Below, piece after piece: positions 37,040 to 50,493 of a stretch of DNA of 64,000 bases (position 1 is its first letter; each line of letters opens with the position of its first letter). Source of the DNA: Heteronotia binoei (lineage: Eukaryota); contig NC_083237.1 in the NCBI RefSeq assembly GCF_032191835.1, positions 29,388,001 through 29,452,000 on the forward strand, in the 5' to 3' direction. The notes beneath the pieces are model-generated. The model did no database searches, was not told the DNA's origin, and was given only the letters and a program-made list of their open reading frames with translations. Position numbers and translations under genes: made by a program.

Positions 37040-38060
37040 TTAGCTTTTCACTTATGATGGACAGATGTGAACAAGATGCAATTTCAAAAGGATAAGTGCT
37101 GTGTTCAACATATGGATAACAAAAATGAGGAACATGTATACTGGATCTTGGGCTATGGGTACGGATGGACCATAGGTTAAATATGAGCAGCCAGTGTGAT
37201 GCAGCAACAAAAAAGGCTAATGCAATCTTGGGATATATCAACAGAGGCATAAAGTCCAAATCACAAGATGTCACAGTCCCACTGTACATTGCATTGGTCA
37301 GGCTGCGCTTGGAGTATTGTGTGCAGTTTGTGATGTCTCACTTCAAGGATGTGGACAGAATGGAGTGGGTGCAAAGGAGAGTGACAAGGTTAATCAGGGG
37401 CCTGGAGACCAAGCCCTTTGAGAAAAGGCTGAGGGATTGGGGAACATTCAGTCTGGAGAAGAGGAGGTTAAAAGAGAGACATCATGTCCCCCTTCAAGTA
37501 TTGAAGGGCTGTCACGTAGAGGAGGGAAGGGAACTCTTCCTGTTGGCAGCAGAGGAGTTGCAATAATGGGTTTAAACCAGAGTTGGCCAAACTGCGGCTT
37601 GGGAGCCACATGTGGCTCTTCCAGTGCCCTGTTGGCTGGCTTGGAGAAGCACTTGTCTCTTTAAATCACTTCTCCAAGCCAAGCCATCTGGCAGCTTGGA
37701 GAAAGCATTTAGAGTTACTTTCTTTCCACCTCTCCTCCCATTTATTTGCTTTCCTTCCTTCCTTCCGTCCTTGCAGCTCTGAAACATCTGATGTTTATTC
37801 TATGCAGCTCTCACGTTAAGCAAGTTTGGCCACCACTGGTTTAAATTAAGGGCAGGAAGATACTGTCTGGATATTAGGAAAAGTTTTTTTACTGTAAGAG
37901 TTGTTCAACAGTGGAATCAGCTACTGAGCTACCCTCACCAGCAGTCTTTAAACAGCAGCTGGACAAACACTGTTGGGGATGCTCAGGGCTGATCCTGCAT
38001 TGAGCAGGGGTTGGACTAGATGGCCTCTATGGCCCCTTCCAACTCTGTGATTCTATGGGT
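37040..38060 (+). mobile_element. CR1 LINE 3' fragment with a hAT MITE inserted at 37578-37838
   Basis: MSSQCDAATKKANAILGYINRGI...VPLYIALVRLRLEYCVQF is CR1 ORF2. The MITE has an 8-bp TSD GTTTAAAC/GTTTAAAT. Confidence 0.88.
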
Positions 38061-38609
38061 ACAGTACGTTGCCTCTCCTTGAAGGTAGCTCCAAAAGATG
38101 ACTTTATGGACACAGTCCTCCTTTGCACCTGGCACAGGAAAGCTGGAATGTGGGAGTTAAATTTTCACCCCCTCCTGTTTCACCCACAGTCCCAATTTTC
38201 TGAAATGAAGCAAGAGGCAGGCACAGGGAAGTGATTTCCTCACTAGCTTCTGCAACGTTATTGCTAGGAATAGTGTTTAAGTTGCAAGTTGCATTCAGCC
38301 ATCCTACCAAGCATTTTCAGTGCTGCTGCCAGAAATAAGTCATGCTTTTTAAAACCCGCTTCTAGAAATATGCTAGCTGAAGACCAATTTATAACCTGCA
38401 GTTTTGTTTTAGCTTCTGGGTTTAATGCTGTGTCCCAAGGTCAGCCACTCCCCTAACGTTGGTTAGTAAAAGGGCCACAAAGCGTGACTGTTAACCTAAC
38501 TTGTTGCTCTGTAGCAAATCTGGCTCAGTCATTCCATCCAAATACAAGAATCTCACTTTCACCCCAGCCTGTTCAGTTGCTCCACCCCGAGCAAAGGGAA
38601 TCAGATATA

Positions 38610-38845
38610 TTCATGGAGGAGAGGTCTATCAGTGGCTACTAGCCATGGTGATTGAGGGGAACTGCCATGATCAGAGACAGTAAACCTCTGAATCCCAGAG
38701 CCAAGAGGCAACATCAGTGGAAGACCTTGGCCTTTATGCCCTGATGCTGTCCTTTCGGAGGAACTGGTTGACCGCTGTGTGAGACAGAATGCTGGACTAG
38801 ATGGGCCACTAGTCTGATCCAACAGGGCTCTGCTTAAATTCTTAA
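38610..38845 (+). mobile_element. CR1 LINE 3' fragment
   Basis: Reverse complement of the CR1 3' UTR family at 9291 and 22726. Further copies at ~43880-44165 (-) and ~46880-47200 (-). Confidence 0.7.
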
Positions 38846-39068
38846 AAGCATTAAAAAAAAAATAAAAAACTTACTTCTGTCAGTCGGCAGAACTTCCCAG
38901 CACTCTGTGGTCAGTTCCAGTTTTCTGCTGCACTAATCATGATGAATTCAACATGCTGCCATCAACTGCGTTGTCTGAATGTAGACCCCAGACTGTATAA
39001 TCCCTCCCTGTTTCTTTTCCCGCCAAACAGACAACACAGAAGCCAGGGTGGTAAAAGTCAGTATTTTC

Positions 39069-39074
39069 TTTATT
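39069..39074 (-). terminator. Candidate polyadenylation signal of AKT1S1
   Basis: AATAAA on the minus strand ~840 nt past the stop codon. Confidence 0.5.
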
Positions 39075-39912
39075 GGCTGGTAGGTTGGTGGGAAGGAGAC
39101 AAAGACATCCTCCCCCTTCCAATTCACCATTCATCTTTGGACAAAAATATAGGGGGCCAGGGCCTCCATGTGCCCCCAAGTATCTGATACAAAAGTACGC
39201 TGGGAAAGGAGAGGGGAGGGAAAAAACGACAGAGGGTTGTAGGTGACTCCTAGAGCCCTGGTTACATCCCATCTGCCTGGGGCGATTCCCCAAATTTGCA
39301 CCGCCCTCCCCAATAGAAAAACGACCCTGAAATACCACTTCCGGAAACTGGAAGAGAGTTAACGCGTGGGGAGGGAGAGCCGGGTGATGAAGAATCCCTC
39401 CCCACACTCCCTTCTCTCCCCAACAAGAGACGCTTGGCTCAAAACTAAAGACTCTATAGACAAACCCAGCTTATGTGCAAAGGATCTTAAGACACTTGTT
39501 ATGGGGAAAGGAGGAGAGAAATGGGACACTGCAGCAGCAGCTGGGGCTGGACTGGGCTGGGGCAGGATTGGTAGTGTCATTTTCAAAGTACATGTCCGTA
39601 GTGTTGCCTTCTCTTGAACGGGAAGAAAACCCCGCTGGAGAGGTGCTGTGCCTCTGGAATTCCCCAGAAAGAGAAACTGAACAGGTTCTCTTTCATTTGT
39701 TCAGGGAGGGAGGAAGAAAGTCCTCCATTCCCCATCCTAACTGTAGTGTGCAATTATAAGTTATCACTTTAAAGCTTGTAAGAGCTCACAGGAGGGCTGT
39801 ATGGCTTAAGGGGAGCATCCAACCCTGTCCACCGACTGGAGGAGGGAGGGTACTGACGGGGGGGTGGGGAGAGGAGGGGAAGGGAAGGGAAGGAAGGAGA
39901 CTGCCGGATCCG

Positions 39913-42900
39913 CTAGTATTTCCGTTGTAGCTTCTGGAAGTCACTCGTGTTGAGCCGCGGCCGAGGCAGGTCTCCAAACATCTCAGTGCCGTCTGACACC
40001 CGCAGCACCAGTGCGCGCATGCTGGCAGCAATCTTCTCAAGATCGGGGGACGAATGCTGCAGAGAGAGGAAGAAAAATGAGGGTGTAAGTGACCCTCAAG
40101 GAGATCGCACTTGCTTTACGCATTCCTCGCTCTCACCGGTTATAAGTAGGGGCAGTCTCTGACCAAAGAAGTCTTTGTATGGTGAATCTGCCAAAGTGTC
40201 ATATGACTCCAATAGGTTTACAGAAACTGCACTCTCTTTAAATGATGCCTCTTGTAACAGACACATACAGGATCTTAGAAGAGGCATTCCCTCCTCAGCA
40301 GGAATGCAGGGGAAGGCCTCTTCCAAGAAGGCACGTGCCGCTTTCAGTTCAAGCACTTCCATTCAAGTAAGTTATAGGTAATGTGGCATTAGGCAGCCCA
40401 TCTGGGTTCCCATTTTTGATACAACGGTTTTTAGTCCACTGCAGCTCTAGCTGTCAGCTGCACACACAGCAGCACATTTTCTGTTCTTTTGAAGTCTACC
40501 CTGCATGCACAAAGTCCTTCTTTACTTCCCTGACTCTATCTCCTCTCCCCTAAAAAAAGGAAGAATAAATTTTTCTTCCTGCAAGGTGGCTTTAACAAAA
40601 GAAAAGTAACAATAAAAACAAAATTAAAACCCAGGACTGGATCTACGTGCTTTTTGAGGGGGGACAAAACTAAAAAATGGCAGCCCCTTATGGGCCCATT
40701 CTACCTTATGGGCCCATAGAATATAATGGACTCCATACCCAATTTGGCGCCTTCCCCAGTGGCGCCCAGGGCAAGCACCCCCCTCTGCCCCCCCTAGATC
40801 TGGCCCTGTTAACCCCCCCCCAAAAGTTAATAACTGATTTAAAAAAACAGATGGCATGAACACAGACACAGCCCTACACTCCTATCACATGCTGAAGTGA
40901 ATGCATGTACATCCTGCCTGTTATGTGCAAATCTCTGCTTTCAAGAACAGCCAATTAATGAAATTGGGTTGGGGGGGGGGCTAGAAATGAAAGATTTCTG
41001 GAAATATTGAAAACATAGGGGAAAAAACATTTCCCCCCTTTTTTTCCTGGAAAAAAAGGCACACAAATCTGGGGGGAAACTGAAATATATACTATATCTT
41101 CCAGTAAGGAAAAGAATAGCTGGCACTCTGAGGCTAACAAAGCACATGTATCTTTATGTTTTGCTACATGAGATAGAAAAAAAAAGCTGAAGGTAAAAAT
41201 ATTCTGCAGTAAACAAAACAAAGTGTATTATTTGAACAGCAACTCTCAGTTACACTAGGTAGGACTCCCAGCATATTTGGATATTCAGTCAAAATTTATA
41301 ACATTGAAAACACTGCTTAATAATGTATTGTCAGTTTAGCACATTAGTTGTTCCATTTAAATTTTAATTTTTTTGAAAATGTATGTTTCCACAGCATCAG
41401 TTGAGAGATTAATTACATAATGTTGTAGATTGTCTTACATTAAAAAAAATCATACTACATTCTTCGAGTAAAATCTTGTTTTTCATTTCACCCATTCACC
41501 CAGTGCTTTCCAAATATTAAAATATTTCCATTCCAAAAAGTCTTCGGACATCTTCATGCTATACATTTGAACTGAATGAACTGTTTAAGACATTTTTCAT
41601 TCAAAAAGATATTTTATGGATGCCTCTTACAGTTTCCCCGACTTTCCCATATGTCTGCTTTTAAGAAACAGTCAATGAATGAAAAGGAAAACAATTCCTC
41701 ATAATTTTAGAAAAGCCCTCATACTTTTTCATGCTATACATTCTGAGTGTGAAATGGCTTGTAATTAAGAAGCATTTCCTTCATTCTAAAGAGAAAATAT
41801 ATTAACAGAGTTTTGGAAAAACTGAAAAAGAGCCCCCAGCCCTTTTCATCTCTCCCAGGGACCAGTACCTGCATAAATGCAGTGTTTGTATCATACATTC
41901 AGCTCTACATGCATTGACTGTAACATGAGAATTACCCAAAGCACAAAGAACAATCAAGTGCTCACTGTACAAAGACAGAATATGGCTGTTCACTGTAACT
42001 TATGAACAGGGCTGTGGAGTCAGACCAGTTCAATGTTTTATGGTTTATGAATTATATAAGAAAAAAATTCCCCAACATCTACCCTGACCAACAGCAACTC
42101 TGGAGATCTTTCACATCAGCGGCTACCTGTAAAGAGGGATGCCGGGGACTGAACCTGGGGCTTTCTGCATCCAAAGCAGATACTCTACTGCTTAGCCACA
42201 GCCCTTCCTCATAAGACACCGAAACTAAGATAATCAGTATCAGGTTGGATATACTATTTTGACCCAGTACCTAAAACACAGTAAAGGCGGCACCAGGTGT
42301 ACTTCTCTAGACAGGTGACCCATAGCCAGGGCAGCATCCTGAAAAGACTCTTTCCCTAGAAGCCCCCAGCTTCATTTCTGAAGTCAGGAACATCTGACGG
42401 ACCTCACAGACCATCAAGCTTCATATGGGGTCATTTTTTACTGCGCACCAAGTCAAGATTCTGCAGCAATAAAAGTGTTGCTCTGAACCTCGCATGAAAT
42501 GTGCACATCGAACCGTTCCCCCACATTTATTCTGGTAAGTATGGCAAGAGAGCTGTGCAGGGATCTGTAGTCCTTGGCACTTAAAACATTTTGCTCAACC
42601 TACACTCTTTTTTTTCCTCTTGGCACTGTTCACACACCTTCAAGCTTCTCGCGTGAGGACTAGAAACTTTCCAAAGCAGGAGTTTCTTCGACAGCTGAAC
42701 TACACACCCACTATCCATTTATCCACTTGCAAGATGCAAGCCATATAATATGCATGAGACCTTAGTTCCTTAAGATGTTCGTGAGGAGACAACATCACCA
42801 TCTGCCTGCCCAAAGGAAGGTCTTAAGTTCTGGAGACGCCTCCCGCCTTCCCAAGGGCTGCCTGTCAGAGCGACACCCTCAAGTCCCTACCCACCTTGCT

Positions 42901-45900
42901 GGTCTCCTCATCGGAGGAGCGCATCTCTTGCTGTTGCTCCTTAAACCCCCAAATTGGCACCGAGACAGGCAAGGACTTGGCATACTGGTGGCTAAGAGGT
43001 GGAGGGGCCACTTGCCCAGGGGTCTCCTCACTCAGACTCCCATCTGGGGAAAGACAAAAGGAGGGCAGGAAAGGGGACAGAGTCAGAGGGATGACAAGAA
43101 ATCAAAAATAAAAAGAAACCAAGACAAACCAATCAGAGAGATCTGTGGCATGTTCACAGTTCTTTAAGAGAGAGATCTACCCCAGGGCATATACTCCCCC
43201 AGGGCATTCAAGGCAGCTTACAGACAAAATTAAAAACAATACCAGGAAAGAACACAAAATAAAGCACATAAAACCCCCCCAGCAAAAGAGTATAAGCTAG
43301 ATCTATCCCCATTGATTCCAATGATGGGGAAACCTGGCATCTGGAGGCCAGGTCTACCTGCACTGATTCCAGTATCGGAGTCTTTGAACTCTTCTGATTA
43401 GGCTTTCTCAGACAGCATAACTCTCGTTTTACACAGGGGAACCCCCACGCCGAAAAAAGCCCAGCATGTGCGCAGATCCGGGTCATTCTGGATCTGCTCC
43501 CACTCACCATCAGTGCTCTCTAGGTCAGAGTCAAAGAAAGGCTCATATTCTTGGCTTGGGGAATCCTCGTCCATCACAAACAGGCCTGGAAGTAAGGTTT
43601 GAAAAAACAACAGTGGAATCACAGTTGTTGGTGCAAAGAAACCTTATTCAGGGGTGAGAAACAAGCGGCCATCTCTGAGCTACACTGGCAGGCATCAATG
43701 CTTCCGGCATTCTCCTTTCTGGTCTCATTCACATTCCTCTTCTGAAATCTCATATAGATCAATGTCTCTGCTTACAGAAGTGGATGGAAGAGACTTTCCA
43801 CTGCTGAGAAATGCAGAATAAAACTTAAAATACCGGACAGTTTTTCTGTTTGTTTCCTAAAAATACGCTATGCTCCTAAAGAATGTAAAAACATAAGAGA
43901 AGCCATGTTGGATCAGGCCAATGGCCCATCCAGTCCAACACACTGTCACACATTGCCCTCCCCACCCCACCCTCCCAAAAAACCCAGGTTCCATCAGTGG
44001 GGCCAGGACACTAGAAGCCCTCCCACTGCACCCTTCCCCCAAGCACCAAGAACACAGAGCATCACTGCCCCAGACAGAGAATTCCAACAATACGCTGTGC
44101 TTAATAGCCACTGATGGACCTCTGCTCCATATGTTTATCCAATGCATTTTGAATCTGTCTAAAACTTGAATGGGAGTTGGTGTAGCACTAGAAACTTGAC
44201 AGTCAGTTTTCCTAGACTTTTTCACAATGTTTCCTTGGTGCCTTATATCAAAACCACATTTCTCATTCTAAAATGTTTGCGGTATGCGCACACTCCCACC
44301 CACACACCCAACCAGCAATGCATTCAAGGTCAGGGCCAGCACCCACTTTTCATGGGAAGTGACTTTGGGAACCGAGGGGGAGGCAGCGGGTGGGCCAGCA
44401 TGTCAAAATGCTGGCCCTTAAAGTGGCCCACCAGCAGAGCCTGTTGCGATAACTTGACATGCTTTTGTCCCTAGACTGCAGCCAGACTCACAACTGTCAA
44501 CTCTTACAGAGCAGATCTGGCTCAGGGGCCTCCAGGTGCTGGCCCCCTAATTTAAGGAATCCGCATTCTATTTTAATAGGGGAAAGAGCCAGGACAAGGG
44601 AGAGGCTGTGTGCATTTTCAGTCATAGATTGGTATGGAGGTCAATTTGAAGAGGGGGATACCCAGAGGTGACTTTCTGATAAAGATCTGCTACCAGTGTT
44701 CCCTCTAAGCTGAGTTAGTGCAAGCTACCTCACAGTTTTTTAGTCTCTGGCTCACACATTTTTGTCTTAGCTCAGGAAAAATGGCCCCAGAGCAAACTAA
44801 TTTATGTAGCAGCTCACAACTTTAATGCCAGTAGCTCACCAAGCAGAATTTTTGTTCATAAGACTCACAGCTTAGAGGGAGTATTTGCTACCAAGCCAAC
44901 AAGAATGGAAGGCAAAGGAGGGAGGCTGCAGCTTACCAAAAGCCCCAAATTTAATCTCCAGTATTTCTAGCTGAAAGAATCTCATGTAGCTGCAGGGGGT
45001 AAAGATCTTTCCCTGTCCCCAGATTCCAGAAAGGGCCACACTGCTGGTCAAAGTAGAAAACACTGAGTTAAATGGACCAGTGGTCAGTCTGGGTGTAAGG
45101 CAACTTCTTTCACTCATGCTCACACAGTGCCATGGCTTCTGGGACTGGAGGGAGCTGCCAGCCTGTCAGAGAAGTGGACAGACCTTGGAGACTGCTGGAG
45201 GGGAGGGGAGAAGGCACAGTGGTCACCGAGAGGGCCAGAGGCTGAATCCCAGTGGGCTTGATATGGTCTGCTGGGTTTGATATAGTCTACCAAATGAACA
45301 GGGCTTTATTCCCAGCACAGGTATCACTGGGTGTAAAGAGGTAATCTGAAAGGAGATTTCTACTAATATCAGAAGAGGCGACATATTTTTAAAGTAAAAA
45401 ATGGCAGACTGGTCCTCTGCCTTTCCTTCAAAGAGTAGCATACAGCTGTCTTCCAAATAACCCCCTATCCTAGACCTGTTCAGGTTCAAAGATGGAACAA
45501 CTCCAGATGCCTTCAGAGCACCTTGGAGAAGAGGGGATTGTTGACTTGTGCGGAGGGAGAGGCAGCTTTGGGTCACAGTTCCCAGGCTGAGTGACATCCC
45601 ATCCATTTGGGCTCCTTGACCCCGGTGGCTAAATATACCTCTGCTTTTCTCAGCATTGGTTTTGGCCTCAGCTGGAGTATCAAGTTCCTTAAACAGATGG
45701 GCACGCAGAGGGACAGTTGGCAGCAGATCAAAAGAGCACAACGCAAGGCTGGGCTGGCGCAGAGCCAAGGTGTCCAAAATCTATCAGGTGATGTCCCCCT
45801 TCTGCCACACATTCATCTGGTCACCTGTTAGCTCTTGCCCACATCTGCAGTGATGCCAGTCAAATTGGCAGGCCTGTTGCAAGTATTCCTGAGATGCAGG

Positions 45901-48239
45901 ACACACTCAGAGCAGGGCCAGCTTAAGCCCTGTGGAGGCCCCTAGGCAGTCAAAATCTAGGGGGGGGGCCTTGCAAATTATCTCAGAGTTGGAGTGGCTG
46001 CCCCGCTGCCTGTGGCCCCCACTGCAACCTGCAGGCACCTTCTCAAAAGCCCCTTTGACAAAGCTACGGGGGAGAGGCAGAGAGGCAAACTTGGCGATGA
46101 CGCCAGCATCAGCCACACCAGGCGAGTCGGGCAAAGAGCAGCTCAGTTGCTGGCTGTGCATGCAGGCTGGGAGGGCTGCAAGCAGGAGGAAAACTGGGGG
46201 GGAAAGCCGGCCTGGGCCCCTAAAGGCATGGGGGCCCATAGGCCAGGGGGCCCCATTGGCTTAATTGTTAATCCGGCCCTGACTCAGAGCACTTCAGACA
46301 TGCTAAAAATTATTACTTCCTATATGTATAAGGATATATTGGATAGGATCCAGCCAGCTTTCTCACTCCGTCCCACCCACCAATTTCCCCCCCTTAGTAC
46401 AGCCCCCCTTCTACATGGGCTTTTATACATGAATGCCACTTCAGTCATGTTCTTGCTTGCTAGCACGTCGGGCATCAAGGGTCACTAGGATGGGGCACCT
46501 GCCAGAGGGTAAGAACCTTGCAGAGGACCAGGTATTGGCTGAGCACACTTAGCTCATGGGCTGCCCCAGAAAACAGAATATAGCCCCAGAGGACTCTGTG
46601 ATTCCTCTTCCTCCAGGTGCTGATGGGCCTTCAAGCAGAATGAATCTCATGCTATCCTCCCTCCTCCAAAAGTGTGTGGACATGCATATAGGAAAGGGAA
46701 GCATGCTGTGTGTGCTTGGGGGTGGAAAGCGTTTTGCCTAGGTTCCCCACAAAACTCAGAGGCACTCCTGCTGTTCTCCCCCTGACTCAGCATCAGCCTT
46801 CCCAGTTTAGGGACTGCAAGTTTTGTCAGGACTTGAACTCACAAGTTCAGGACTTCAGAACTATAGCAAGGAGTCCTTTAACCAACACAGCAGAGGAAGG
46901 CACCAGTGCTCCATCTGGTCCAGCATCCAGTTTTAGATAGCTGACAACCAGCCACCTTAGAGGGCCAACAAACACACAGGGGACAAGGCCTTCCCTGGAT
47001 GTTGCTTCCAAAGACAGGCATTCACTTGCTTTCTCTGTGGATGGAGATTCCTTCCACTCACCATGGCTAGTAATAGTTGAGGGACTTCACCTCCCTGAAC
47101 CCATCTAATCCCTTTATAACACTCTCTATGCTTGTGGCTGTCACTACATCCACTGGCAGTAAATTTCACAATTTAACTACTCATTGAGTAAAGCAGTATT
47201 TTGTTTTTATTATTATTATTTGCTTATTTATATTCCGCCCATTCTCCCATTTGGGGGCTCAGAGTGGAGTTTTGCCTGACCGTCCATCTGCTACACTAGA
47301 TGACCCAAGTTCTAGTATTATGGGAGAGGGAGAAAGAATTCTCTCTCTATGCTTAATTTCTATGGATAATTTAATAAATCTCTCTCATGTCCCTCCCCCC
47401 ATAAATCACCTTTTTTCCTAAATGGAAAAATGCCAGATTCACTGCTTCCAAAGGGATTCTTCACCTTTAACCAGCACACAATCCAGTTACTTCTTCACTG
47501 TGTCCACAAAGAAGCCTGTGAACTTCACCACATACAGCCAACACAAACACTGCATAGACTGTGGGTGAGGGCATGGCTCAGTGGCAGAGCATCTGCTCAG
47601 CAAGCAGAGGCTTCCCAGGTTCAATTCCTGGCATCTCCAGTTAAAGGGACCAGGTGGGAGGTGATGTGAAAGATCTCCACCTGAAAGCCTGGAAAGCGGC
47701 TGCCAGTCAGAGTAGACAATACAGACCTTGATGGACCACTGGTCATGTGAAACCTTAATGTCAATAGACTTACCAGTGGTGTCACTGGGATGGTCTCTCC
47801 CACCTGGCTGCTCTACTTCCGTCAGTGTGTTCCTATCGCCTTCATCTTCTTCCTCTTCGGGCTCCTGGCCTCCAGAAGCCTGGGGCAAAGGCCCCTGGGA
47901 GGTAGGCGTCCTGTGTGGGGCAGACTCGTCTGGGGCACCAGTGAAGGGATAGCTTCGAGAGTAGGGGCCATGGTTGGGGGGCAGGTAAGGGGCTGCGGGA
48001 GGACGGGCAGCATAAATGAAGGCTGTGGTTTTGTGGACCACGGCAATGTCTTCGAGGTAGCGTTGAAGGGCATCTGCCAGGGCCCCACTGCCGTGCTGCA
48101 CATAGCCAAAGCCGCCAGGGGGAGGGGCCCTGAAGGCGGTGAGCAGCACCACTTCATTGCCAGTTTGACGCCGGTATCGTTCTGCTGCAGCTACCAGGGC
48201 TGCCCAGCTCTCCTTGTGGTTATCTGCCATGGTTGTCAT
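39913..48239 (-). CDS. AKT1S1: Proline-rich AKT1 substrate 1 (PRAS40), 278 aa
   Basis: Exons 48239-47774 (466), 43585-43508 (78), 43043-42895 (149) and 40056-39913 (144) total 837 nt in consistent phase. TOS motif [35 protein letters not shown] and the AKT site [11 protein letters not shown] are all present. Confidence 0.96.
45913..46281. mobile_element. hAT-type MITE
   Basis: TIRs CAGGGCCAG / CCGGCCCTG with a perfect 8-bp TSD ACTCAGAG. Confidence 0.85.
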
Positions 48240-48749
48240 CCTGTGGGGGAACAAGAAAAAAGGGATTTGTGCATTAACTACCCAGGCTTTTGCTTTTTTA
48301 CCGGGAAAGTTAGGAAGGATGGAAAGGAGGCTATAAGGTTTGCTTAGAGGGGTGAGGAAGGAGCTAGGTCTTCTCTCAGTCTGGGCTAATAGGCTTGAAA
48401 AGTGCTACAAGCCCTGGGCCTGCTCAGAGGGGCTAAGAAGGAGGAGTCAAGGTCTCCTCAGTCCACTCCGAGGGGCCAGGAAGAAGCCAGGGCTTCTTGG
48501 TCTGCTTGCAGGGAATAATGGAATTGGAAGGGGCCAGGATTGGGAGAGGCATACAATTTAGCAGCCCACAGCAGAGGAAACCAAAATCATGAGAACTCCT
48601 GGGTGTCCTTCCAGGAAAAGCCAGGTAAGAATAGGAAAGCAGTGTTGCTGGATTCACTGGCAAGCAAGCAAAATGTTACAGGCATGTTATGAAAGGGAGG
48701 AGGCATTACAGAACAAACAACACTAAGGGGAGGAGAAAGCAAGCATTAA

Positions 48750-49800
48750 AAAGGGGACGGGACTGCCCCCTCCCGAGCCCTTAGGAGGTGGTAAGGACGG
48801 GACGGGGGGCCGTTACCTTCCAGCGCCACTGAGCTCCCTCCCCAAACTCACCCTTCCCCCAGTCAGGGTCACCACTCTGAGTCCTGACCTCTCACCTTTG
48901 ACCCCTTCTGGGACACTTAAGTCCCCCTCCACCTCTAAATAACAACCGCCTCCTCCTCCTTCTCCTCCCCCTTCCCAAAGCTCCGCCTCCTCCGGCTGCC
49001 CTCACAAGACATGCGGATGTCGTCCACACCGTGCCCTTTATAAAGATGGCGTAGAAAAGACTAGAGGAACGATGGGGGGGGATGCCCAACACAAAGATGG
49101 CGGCGGCTGGTCCCTTTAAATGATGGCAAACGCACAAAAAAAGCGCAAAAATAAAATAGACGAAGACTGAATGTAGTCGAAAGTAACTCTTAAAACTGTC
49201 GAAAAATGCTTCAGACGGCCGGTGTACAGATTACCAGAAGCGAGAACGTGAGCGAGCCTGGCAAGGGCTGCCCAAAGCAAAGATGGCGAGACCATCTCCA
49301 TGCATAGGAAGGGGAAAGTGGCCAGATTTCCTGGTTGCTCTTCGCGCCATGTTTGTTTCTCCTCACAGGGCTAAAAGTGACAGGTGCTCATAGGATGCGA
49401 AGGAGAAATTCCAGATATTTTCTTAGCCGCAATTTTGTAGTGGATTGTCGTCAGCCTCTGAGAAAACCGGTTCATGCCCTTTCACACTCCAGGCTTCTTG
49501 CGTGGGTCAAAATATGAATTCTAAGTGTTTAATACCAAAGGAACTAATCAAAGAGAAAGAAACCGTGTGATTTTTTTTTTTTTTAAAATGTGTGCTGAAG
49601 GAGAGTCGTGTGACTGAGAGATATTGTGACCACGTTACAGATTTACAAACAGCAACAACACCCGGTATTGTCCTCCCCGGGCTGCAAAGGAAGGGGAAGC
49701 GGAGGCTGACAACAGTGGTGGCAACAGCCCTGCAGTGCAGTCCAGTGTTATATTGCCAAACTGGAAGGGGGCTGACGGGTTAATTCACGTTTGATCCGCG
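48750..49800. promoter_or_regulatory. CpG island / bidirectional promoter AKT1S1 (-) / TBC1D17 (+)
   Basis: CpG-rich. Three AAGATGGCG (YY1-type) motifs at 49043, 49094 and 49280. Minus-strand donors GAAG|GTAACG (~48815) and AAAG|GTGAGA (~48896). Both genes have their ATG in a downstream acceptor-bearing exon. Confidence 0.7.
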
Positions 49801-50045
49801 ATAACCTTTTTCTGTCTCTCTGCTTTAAATATTTTTGGTAAAAAGGGAGGGGGAAATACAGTCTCCACATTTCCCCTAAAGCTGGCATAAGCCTAACCTT
49901 TCCCCTTCGGTTTATCCCTTTATCTTTTCTTTATTGTATTCTGCTTGGATTATGACATAACTTCTCGTGTGGTCATTTTAGCTTGCGCGTTAAACGCATG
50001 GGCGTTTCATCGCTAATATGAAGCAACAGAACAAAGCAGAGTCCG

Positions 50046-50201
50046 GTAGCAAGTTTAAGACCAACAGAGTTTTATTCAGAATGGAAACTTTCGAGTGCTC
50101 CAAGCACACTTCATCAGACAATAGGATGGAATGACAAGCAGCTTAGAGCACACCAAAGCTTCCATTCTGAATAAAACTTAGTTGGTCTTAAAGGTGCTAC
50201 T
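50046..50201. mobile_element. Short Penelope-derived inverted-repeat (hairpin) element
   Basis: GTAGCA...TTTAAGACCAAC...TTTTATTCAGAATGGAA arm is mirrored by TTCCATTCTGAATAAAA...GTTGGTCTTAAAGGTGCTAC. CTGATGA...GAAA motif on the minus strand at 50085-50119. Relatives at ~4356-4440, ~5360-5491, ~6980-7050 and ~56850-56965. Confidence 0.65.
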
Positions 50202-50493
50202 GCTTCAGACCAACCTGGATCTATCTACACGAAGTAATGGAGTTTGCACTTCGCCTCGTGTGCTTTTTAAAAAAAAGGCAGACAAACACTGCTCTCTCTA
50301 AATATGGAGGGGGAAGCTTCTCTCCTCCTTTCAGTAGCCAACAAAAAAGCATTCAGGCTGATATTTGTTCCTGCCAGAAACAATGATGGCGACAAAGGAT
50401 GCTCCAGCTGATTAGAGGGAAGAGCAAATATGGAGCACTGTGGGAAGGACGGGAAGTTACGTTTTGTTTTGCAGGAAGTGGCTTTCAGGAAGA

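Noticed and set aside
40096-40381. Overlapping ORFs on both strands in the last AKT1S1 intron
   Set aside because: Short, with no convincing acceptor in frame with AKT1S1; the four-exon model is already complete.
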